DNA of 64,000 nucleotides from a virus (Duplodnaviria; Caudoviricetes): IMG/VR virus record IMGVR_UViG_2791354756_000002, positions 288 to 64,287 of that record; one strand, 5' to 3'. Shown piece by piece: positions 56,693 to 64,000 of this stretch (position 1 is its first letter; each line of letters starts with the position of its first letter). The notes under the pieces were generated by a model. It saw only the letters and a program-made list of their open reading frames with translations, ran no database searches and was not told where the DNA came from. The position numbers and the translations under genes were made by a program.

Positions 56693-56707
56693 CATATCCT
56701 TATAACA
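56693..56707 (-). promoter_or_regulatory. Phage promoter motif heading the Ubl operon
   Basis: CATATCCTTATAACAAAAAAGGGGGTCAAAAATTTAAT on +. Confidence 0.75.
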
Positions 56708-57371
56708 AAAAAGGGGGTCAAAAATTTAATTTTTTCGGCAGATATTTTGCAGTGTGTGAAATCTGCCGAAGGTTGTGGTGAAAATCTGCCGAAAATGTTG
56801 TAATCGGTAAAAAGTTTTTGCCAATTACATATTTTATTGAATTGGTCACGAATTTTAATGTTGAAAACGTGACCAACTGTAAGGTTAGTGTGGAGATAAT
56901 CACGTGTGGTGGGCGACTTGCTTTTTAGGTAAGGGGTTTTTAAGGGTGGTTAGGGGATGCCAAGCGCCCGATAACCGCCACGGCAGCCGCTGATTGAAGT
57001 GTTGTGCTATCAGAACGGTTGGCGGCATGGCTGGCCGCCACGATAACCGCCACGGCAGGCGCACAGTGAAGTGTGGGGCTATCCCTACGGATGTCGTAAC
57101 GGTTATCGTGGCGCTTATCGCTGTGCCTAGCGGGCGCTTTGCGCTCCTAAGCACCTCTGTTCATACCCAACCAAACCCTCGGCCAGCCGCAGCTCTTCCG
57201 GATATGCCTCAACTATGTCCATGTGCTGGCAAAAGGTTTAGCGGTCAGGTGAAATTTTTTTGAAATTTCCTTGATTTTTGCTCGATTTTGCAGTAATAAC
57301 AAGATGTTGATTGTGATTTTGGGGCGGAATGGCAATTGTATAGTGATTTACTACTATTCAGATGATGTAAT

Positions 57372-58188
57372 TTGAAAACGATTTTCAATTATACCAAATA
57401 CAGCAATTGCAAGTACTTATGAAAATCGGGTTCGAAAACGCTACCGACAGCAAAAAATCAATTATGTAGTTGGTTGTCTGTCAGTAGCAAAATCGGGGTC
57501 TGCATAATCCTGTCAGTAGCATTTTTTCGTAAAGTATTACAGCATGTTGCAGAGCATGCTACTGACAGCGCATTTTGGCCCCAAAAATGCTACTGACAGG
57601 ATATTCAGTAAAATCATAAAGTTATCCCATTTCTACTGAAAGATATGTCCCAACACCTCCTGGGGAACATATACATATTCGTATGGGTATAAAAAATAAA
57701 AATCGAAATTGAGAAAGCCCGGGTGGCGGTATTATATTATTATTATTATTATTATTAGATCGGATCTCTTTTATTTTTATTATTATTATTATATATGTGT
57801 AAGTATTTGATATTATTTACTTTTTTTCTAACTATCCAGAATCATTACTTTTTCTATTTCTCAATTTTTTACTCTCTAGAATATGTATATGTTCCAGACC
57901 ACATGTCGGGACATATCTTTCAGTAGATCGGGCTTAACTTCTCTACATCATTGACAAACCTGTCAGTAGCTATTTTTGGGCAAAATTGAGCTGTCAGTAG
58001 CTGCTCTCGTAAGCCATTAAAATATTTTACGAAAAATACCTACTGACAGAATTATGCAGACCCCCAAAATGCTACTGATAGAAAGCAACATACATAATTG
58101 GTACCCTCTCTGTCAGTAGCTCTCTGAGAGCCAATTTTTCTAAGTGTTTGAAATCATTGATTTCACTATAATTGAAAACGATTTTCAA
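57372..58188. repeat. Mirror-symmetric iteron-like element around an AT-rich core (candidate origin)
   Basis: Twelve CTACTGACAG-type boxes in six inverted pairs, all centred on 57779.5-57780; (TAT)n core at about 57730-57800. Confidence 0.8.
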
Positions 58189-58506
58189 AAATACCCAAAA
58201 GAGTAGTTCTGTACCAATTGGAGATACAAATGCAAGTCATTGATATTATTGACAGCAGAAACAGCACATCCAGTAATTCCAACAACTTGCGTCAGAGGAT
58301 ATGCAATTGTGTAGCAGATTACTAATAATAGTATTTCACTACACAATTGAACGTGTAACCAATTGCATACCAAATTACTACACAATTTCAGCCCCCTTAT
58401 TTTCTACCGACAGCATCACAACATAATACTGACAGAGTAGGTCAGGACAGGTTTGATTGAATGTGCAATCAGTTTTCCAACCCCTACACTATAGGAGCAA
58501 ACCCCT

Positions 58507-59307
58507 ATGAAAGAGTCCTATACCGGAAGTGGCAACGTCGTACTCATCGCCGGCGGAGGCAAGGTCTACACGGACATCGCGGCTCGTTTCGTGGCCTCTG
58601 AGCGCCCGATAACCGAGATAATAGCCTCACCGTACTCCCCCGCGATTGTCCGCAACATTCTCCAGAGCGGCCATCTTGCCGCCACAGAGTTCGATTTCTT
58701 CATCTTCGGCGTGGAGGGCTATTCCCGTGTCACCGAGACGCAACTCGTCCGCAAGCGCCTGGCCTCCTATCTTGTCAAGTCCGGCAGGGCAGAGCTTCAC
58801 GGCAAGCGTGCGTTCAGCGTGGTGTATCCCCTGAGCGTGGCCCAGTTCGCAGCGCCTGTCACCCTCCCCGATGGCCAGGAGACTGTCCTTACCGGCCATG
58901 ACCTCGCGGAGATCACCGAGCAGTGGTACAACAACGGCCTTGAATACGGCCTGCCCGAGGAAGACCTGCGCTACCTGAAGCCCCAGGCCACGGAGTTCAA
59001 GGCTATCATTGGCATGAACGCCCATGCCCTGCGCGACTGGTTTGCCATACGCTGCTGCCAGAACGCTCAGCGAGAGATTCGGGACATGGCCAACAAGATG
59101 CTGCATCTGTGCCAGGACGCTGCCCTGGATCTCTTCGCTGGCGCTGGACCATCCTGCGCCGTCCTTGGCTACTGTCCCGAGAACGAACGTCAGAACGCCA
59201 GGTGCAGGGGCGTCATTCCTACCAAGGATGTCGCTATGGGATTGCTGAGAGACTGGCGCCGGCAGCACGGTTCGGAGAGGGCTGAGGAGCTGCAGGGCAT
59301 GCGCTAA
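58507..59307 (+). CDS. thyX: Flavin-dependent thymidylate synthase
   Basis: GHLAATEF, GYSRVTETQLVRKRLASYLVKSGR, EDLRYLKP, GMNAHAL...R.C..AQREIR. Confidence 0.9.
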   Translation: MKESYTGSGNVVLIAGGGKVYTDIAARFVASERPITEIIASPYSPAIVRNILQSGHLAATEFDFFIFGVEGYSRVTETQLVRKRLASYLVKSGRAELHGKRAFSVVYPLSVAQFAAPVTLPDGQETVLTGHDLAEITEQWYNNGLEYGLPEEDLRYLKPQATEFKAIIGMNAHALRDWFAIRCCQNAQREIRDMANKMLHLCQDAALDLFAGAGPSCAVLGYCPENERQNARCRGVIPTKDVAMGLLRDWRRQHGSERAEELQGMR

Positions 59308-59428
59308 GCGTACGATAGCCGCCACGGTTGGCGCTGTGCCTGACGTAACGCTTACCGTGGCGGTTTGCGCTGGGGTTATCGTGGCGCTCAGCCACACCAC
59401 CCATCCTAACCTACCACCTTCACTACGC

Positions 59429-59678
59429 CACCTGAGCGCCTCGCTGAGCTCGTCAAATCAATTTTACGATACATCATACACGCAGACACAAACCCATGCC
59501 TTAGAATCGAAATATGAGAGTCGTAGAAATTGATTTTCCTTTTCAATTATGTTTTGCCAACGAGGCGTTCAGCACTACCTGACAAATTTCATAACACCTT
59601 CGAGAAGGCACCTGAGCGCCTCGCTGACGCGATTCCAGAAATTTTATGATAAATCATACATGCCGACCACAAACCCAT
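59429..59678. repeat. Direct repeat with 180-bp period
   Basis: CACCTGAGCGCCTCGCTGA at 59429 and 59609; ATTTTAyGATAmATCATACA...CACAAACCCAT at 59461 and 59641. Confidence 0.75.
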
Positions 59679-59935
59679 CTTGAGTTTTTCATACCAAAGT
59701 CAAGTATTTCAAATACTTATGCTAAAAATAAGCGGAAATTTTGTGCACGACTGCGTTTTTGTTGGGCTATGCAGGGCGCTTAATGCCAGATAAAAAATTT
59801 TAAGTATACAAATAGAGGTGCATTGTTACATGTATAACAACACACCTCTATTTGTATATTAGCTAATTTTGCAGGGTAGTAGTCACGAAAAATATTGCTG
59901 CTTGCTTAATAGGTAATAAAATAATTGCTTATATG

Positions 59936-60385
59936 CTACTCGTCAATGAAGGGATATGCACCAATGATGGACTGCATAAGGTCATCGAAAGTGGCGTTCT
60001 CGTCACCCTCTCCTACCGTGTCAACCTCTTCGCTACCATTGGTGCAACAATGCATTGTCCACCAGCCAGAACCTTCCTTTTCGTATGTGTCGTCACCACG
60101 CATTTCCCAGTCAATACGCAGGAAGCTCGCGTCGTGCACCCTCTGTGGCCCATCGCCAACCGTGATGGCTGTCGTGCCCCAGCAGGTCCAGGAACGGAGA
60201 TGAAATCCACCGAATGCCGCCCTTGATACGAAGAGCATGTATCCATTGTACTTCAGGCACGCAAAGTTCTTGTCAAACTGCACAACGTCTATCGGCAGGA
60301 TGGTGATGAGGTCCGTTACCTTTTGGTTGTCATTATTGACGCAGACAAACTTGTCGTCAACCTTCTCGATAATATATTCTTCCAT
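59936..60385 (-). CDS. Hypothetical protein
   Basis: Start moved to MEEYII at 60385; flanked by hairpins at about 59811-59854 and 60430-60465. Confidence 0.65.
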   Translation of the reverse strand: MEEYIIEKVDDKFVCVNNDNQKVTDLITILPIDVVQFDKNFACLKYNGYMLFVSRAAFGGFHLRSWTCWGTTAITVGDGPQRVHDASFLRIDWEMRGDDTYEKEGSGWWTMHCCTNGSEEVDTVGEGDENATFDDLMQSIIGAYPFIDE

Positions 60386-60497
60386 GGTTGTTGTCCTTAA
60401 ATTAAGCTGTTTCGATACCACAACAACAAAGCGCCCGGCAAGCACAAACGCTGCGCCGGGCGCTGTTTTCGAGTTATTAAGTATTACTCAATAACTG

Positions 60498-61094
60498 CTA
60501 TTCCTCCTCCATCCTCAGATTGTGCTCGACCAAGTGTTCCATAATCTTTCCCCACGCCTTTTTCTTCACCTCCAGGGCGCAGCAGCCGTTAACCCTGAAG
60601 TCGAGGTCGTCTGTCACAACGGCCAGCAGCATGCTTCTCTCCAGACTGCTTTCTTCGTTGCCGAAGGTCATACGCAGACAGTAGAGGTCTCGATCCTTGT
60701 TGATGTACTTGCGAACGTCTACATAGAATGAGTCACAGTCATTGTGTGTAATGAGCAGGTCGCTCACTTCATCCATGTTTTTTCCTGTGAACGCAACACC
60801 GTCATCACGGCGCCGGTAATCTTTGTATATTACGCCAAAGTCTACCAAGTACCCATCAGCTATCGCCTTCCGGAGCCCCTCGCCAAGTGTGTCGTTCATG
60901 GTGGCGATTGATGCTCCTGTCATGTAATCCTTTACAAAGCTCATACGTCCAGTATACTTGTCCTGGATGTAGTTCACCAGCTTGCACGCAAGCCTTGTGC
61001 ACGCCTCTTTTGGGCTCTTGCCGGTGGACAGGAATTTTATCCCTACTACCTCGGTAGACATTGTGATTATGCCACAGCTCGTTGTTACCTTCAT
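60498..61094 (-). CDS. HicB-like-fold paralogue 1
   Basis: STGKSPKEACTRLACKLVNYIQDKY...AIADGYLV. Confidence 0.65.
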   Translation of the reverse strand: MKVTTSCGIITMSTEVVGIKFLSTGKSPKEACTRLACKLVNYIQDKYTGRMSFVKDYMTGASIATMNDTLGEGLRKAIADGYLVDFGVIYKDYRRRDDGVAFTGKNMDEVSDLLITHNDCDSFYVDVRKYINKDRDLYCLRMTFGNEESSLERSMLLAVVTDDLDFRVNGCCALEVKKKAWGKIMEHLVEHNLRMEEE

Positions 61095-61098
61095 GGTC

Positions 61099-61692
61099 CT
61101 AAACCCTCCCCACTTTCAGATAGTTGTCCACAAGGTATGTCAGTAGCCTTTCCTGCACATGGTTCTTGAGCTCATAGCGGTCGTGACCGATCATGCTGAT
61201 GAACAGGCCATCACGCGTCTGAACTTCCAGTCTCATTGTGTCATACATGCGGTCATCGCTATCGATTGCCACACGCATGGAGTAGAGGCCATCACCTTCC
61301 TCGCGCTTTCCAACCGATATGAAACGTATGAATTTCCGTGGTGTCTCGGTGGCGCTCCTGATCAGGTCTCCCATGTTGTACCCATCATAGTGCATACTCA
61401 GTTCTTGATGCTTGTTCTTATCGTAGACGGAGAACCACACTTGGTACCCGTCATCCACCGCTCTGCCAAACTTGTCGATAAGCTTGTCCCTCAGAAGATC
61501 AATCCGCCCCCTGCGGATAGTATCGAGCTCCTCACTGCTTATGCACATGTAGTTGTCCGGCAGGTAGTCCACCAAGTTACTCGCCATTCCTGTGACTGCC
61601 TCGCTTGGTGTTTTCCCTGGTACCTCGCAGTTCAGGCCGAGGAAGTTGTCCAGGACGGCCATGTATATGTTGTCGTTTTGTGTGATGTACAT
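61099..61692 (-). CDS. HicB-like-fold paralogue 2
   Basis: YMAVLDNFLGLNCEVPGKTPSEAVTGMASNLVDYLPDNY...AVDDGYQV. Confidence 0.65.
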   Translation of the reverse strand: MYITQNDNIYMAVLDNFLGLNCEVPGKTPSEAVTGMASNLVDYLPDNYMCISSEELDTIRRGRIDLLRDKLIDKFGRAVDDGYQVWFSVYDKNKHQELSMHYDGYNMGDLIRSATETPRKFIRFISVGKREEGDGLYSMRVAIDSDDRMYDTMRLEVQTRDGLFISMIGHDRYELKNHVQERLLTYLVDNYLKVGRV

Positions 61693-61694
61693 TT

Positions 61695-62261
61695 TTACCC
61701 CTGCACTACCAAACCACCACTGTTGCGTATGTCATCGAGAATTCTAGTAAACTCAATGCTATCTACCAGCCATTGAGCGTTCTCTAATTCATCGCCAAGT
61801 TTATTGAGTTCAGCATGCATTTCATAATAGAAGCACCTGCTTTCAGACTCTTCTAAATCATCTACACACATTCGACCACCGCAAAGACCAACAGCTACCC
61901 CATCAGACAAAAATTTCGCGAACACAGCAATCCCACCACGAGTGTTTGATAAAGTGATTATTATCTGGTGAGCGCGAAACTTCCTGTCCTTCTGTAGTAT
62001 GCGAATCGTGTCTTCGAAATACTTCGCATCAGTCTCTATTTTATTCAGATTATAAAAATCTTTGTTTTGTACACGCTCGTGTGTTGGATTGGCATCATAG
62101 CTCTTGTCTATATCACATTCTATATATACTTCTTCAGAAGAGTCAGCCACTGCTCCAAAAACAGCAATACTTGTCATCGTCGTTACTGTGCATAGCTTTT
62201 CAAGAAACATTATATCGTCCTTTATACCAGTTTCGGTTGCCTGTTTAGCAGAGAGGCGCAT
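61695..62261 (-). CDS. Hypothetical protein
   Basis: In the same operon. Confidence 0.6.
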   Translation of the reverse strand: MRLSAKQATETGIKDDIMFLEKLCTVTTMTSIAVFGAVADSSEEVYIECDIDKSYDANPTHERVQNKDFYNLNKIETDAKYFEDTIRILQKDRKFRAHQIIITLSNTRGGIAVFAKFLSDGVAVGLCGGRMCVDDLEESESRCFYYEMHAELNKLGDELENAQWLVDSIEFTRILDDIRNSGGLVVQG

Positions 62262-62881
62262 ATCTGCCAGGCAAGCTTATCGGTAGCCTTACGATAATCG
62301 CAGTTCATCAAGCTTATGTGATCTTCTGCTATGCCCATTGTAATTTTGGTAATATACTTTTCGTTATTACGAAAAGTGAATTTATGCAAAAGATATATCA
62401 TATCACCGTTTGAAGATTTTTTCTCTATTCCAATAGAATCTATGTAGATTCTTCTGCACCGTACCGATTCCATAAATCTTTCATCATATGGAACGATACT
62501 TGCCCCTTCACAATATCTCTGTGGAATCATTCCCCAAACTATATTACGGTCTACGTTACATCCATACTCGACAAAACCATTCGGTATGTTGTCGGAATCA
62601 AATATGTACATCTTGGTTGGAACAACATTGTCACATATCTTGACGGTAAACCCATCGGCAGCCGCAGCGTTGAGCATGTTAATGATCGCCTCCGCCCTGC
62701 CAGCGTCTGTGTACATGTATATAATTGCCGGCCCAAGATACTTGTCGCTAAGGTTCTCCAGAAATTTGTGCGCTACCCGGTACGCGGCGGTTGACGGTGT
62801 GCTTGCCGTGGCGGTTGCCGTTTGGCCGAACGCTTCGAATGTGACTAGTACGCCGTTATCTGTGTAGTCTACGGTAATCAA
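62222..62881 (-). CDS. HicB-like-fold paralogue 3
   Basis: TTG start at 62881 (SD AGGAG); ASTPSTAAYRVAHKFLENLSDKY...AAADGFTV. Confidence 0.6.
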   Translation of the reverse strand: MITVDYTDNGVLVTFEAFGQTATATASTPSTAAYRVAHKFLENLSDKYLGPAIIYMYTDAGRAEAIINMLNAAAADGFTVKICDNVVPTKMYIFDSDNIPNGFVEYGCNVDRNIVWGMIPQRYCEGASIVPYDERFMESVRCRRIYIDSIGIEKKSSNGDMIYLLHKFTFRNNEKYITKITMGIAEDHISLMNCDYRKATDKLAWQICASLLNRQPKLV

Positions 62882-63456
62882 AATTTGTCTCCTACTTCGC
62901 ACTTCACGGCTGCAATTTTGTTTAGCATGTATTTGCACATATCGTTTGAAAAAGAGTCTATTGTATCATCCATACTCTCTTCCCAGCCAGTGAAGAGCGT
63001 ATCACGGAAGTCTGGTATACGTACTCTTATATAGTAGTCGGTGCATGCTATATCTGGAAAGTTCTCATCACGATAGAACCAGTAGCCAATCTTGTTATTA
63101 TCTTCCTTGAAGTTTACGAATATCCCTTCGAGCTCTACTCCCGGCCTAATGTAGCTATCGAATATTTTGTCAATTACTTCGTGGCTGTATTCTGCTTCAG
63201 GGTCAGAGAGTATAACCACTCGATGACCATCGGCCACCGCCAGGTCCAGCTTTTCGATGAGCTTTTTCTTGCCGTCATCGTCAGGCTCAAGGATGAGGTC
63301 TGGCGGTACCAGGTACTTGTCAAAAAGGTATTTGATTATGCCTGTCGACAAGTCATGCGCAGCAGTTGTCGGGTTCATATCACACGAGGAGAAAGCAGAT
63401 CCTCCCAGGTGCATGCTCAGCTTGAATCCGTCATATGTCCTTTCTATATGTAGCAT
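62878..63456 (-). CDS. HicB-like-fold paralogue 4
   Basis: ATG at 63456 (SD AAGGAGG); MNPTTAAHDLSTGIIKYLFDKY...AVADGHRV. Confidence 0.6.
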   Translation of the reverse strand: MLHIERTYDGFKLSMHLGGSAFSSCDMNPTTAAHDLSTGIIKYLFDKYLVPPDLILEPDDDGKKKLIEKLDLAVADGHRVVILSDPEAEYSHEVIDKIFDSYIRPGVELEGIFVNFKEDNNKIGYWFYRDENFPDIACTDYYIRVRIPDFRDTLFTGWEESMDDTIDSFSNDMCKYMLNKIAAVKCEVGDKF

Positions 63457-63878
63457 ATATGCCTCCTTTTCCAGTTTTCGTACCAATCTTTCCTGGACGT
63501 TATGTTCAGGTCTACCCTACCGCTGCACTCAAGCAGCAGAGCACACAGCTTCCACTTCAGCCTTTCAACTGCAGCAGTACCAGTAAGAGTTTCTTCGATA
63601 ATGATTCCTTCGTCAGCGAGGTGCAGATATATTCCGTAACCAGTCCCTTTGGCGATACCATTATCTTCCGTGAACGTACGCCATATGCGAACATTGCTGC
63701 CGTTCTTGAAATTCTTTTCAACACTGAACAAGGACGGTACTATGTTAAGATTACATAGACTCTCGATAACTTCAGGGCTGTATTCGAAGCGTTTGTTGAT
63801 CGCCTCTATGGTTATCGTACAGTTGTCTTTCGAAAGCTTGTCCATTTCTTTGATAAATGAGCTCTTCCAGGCGGACAT
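63444..63878 (-). CDS. Hypothetical protein
   Basis: C-terminus (RLKWKLCALLL) resembles the C-termini of neighbouring paralogues. Confidence 0.55.
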   Translation of the reverse strand: MSAWKSSFIKEMDKLSKDNCTITIEAINKRFEYSPEVIESLCNLNIVPSLFSVEKNFKNGSNVRIWRTFTEDNGIAKGTGYGIYLHLADEGIIIEETLTGTAAVERLKWKLCALLLECSGRVDLNITSRKDWYENWKRRHICYI

Positions 63879-64000
63879 GTACCAGATATAGCCTAAGAGT
63901 TGGGTAAAAGTAGAACCATACGGTTATTGTGTCAACGAAATTATAATTTTTTCAAGCAATTACTTTACTCCCATTGCCGTAAATGCTATAGAAAATATGG

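Noticed and set aside
57720-57840. Hairpin telomere or protelomerase site at the symmetry centre
   Set aside because: The centre itself is not self-complementary; only the flanking boxes are mirrored.
3968-63891. Numerous long antisense or shadow ORFs (e.g. 16894-18102, 47080-48312, 38858-39715, 53335-54150, 58627-59400)
   Set aside because: They lie opposite well-supported genes, have no motifs or SDs, and reflect codon bias.
1-64000. tRNA or rRNA genes
   Set aside because: No cloverleaf with a T-loop GTTCRA and acceptor stem was found by eye, including the hairpins at 5700-5860; tRNAscan-SE would settle it.

Overview
This 64 kb window is a segment of a large tailed phage or prophage genome. 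No integrase or host boundary is visible, and the host is unknown; the anaerobic RNR and type I-G-style repeats hint at an anaerobe. From left to right it carries seven blocks. (i) A type II R-M cassette plus Vsr. (ii) An accessory or anti-defence island with a 7-unit micro-ORF array, an AcrVA2-like gene, four promoter-driven cassettes (three with CRISPR-repeat mimics), two Arg-run micro-ORFs and two truncated ABC-ATPase paralogues. (iii) RuvC and an orphan retron-like reverse transcriptase with a YSDN motif. (iv) A packaging module with the large terminase, then a tandem array of six structured retron-like (a1-msr-msd-a2) non-coding units behind an Sm/Hfq-like ORF. (v) A replication cluster: UDG-PolA, primase-helicase, two PD-(D/E)XK nucleases, HU, a sigma factor and SNF2. 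(vi) Portal, a D6/D11-like helicase and a beta/beta-prime fusion RNA polymerase. (vii) RtcB, RecD/Dda, NrdDG, RNase H, a Ubl-E2-JAB-E1 ubiquitin-like operon, an exactly mirror-symmetric candidate origin, ThyX and a HicB-like paralogue array. A shared promoter motif (TGTTATAAG) occurs ten times, at the head of eight leftward units. The strongest candidate for a new system is the RT plus the six-unit retron-like ncRNA array. All protein calls come from reading motifs by eye; no database searches were run.
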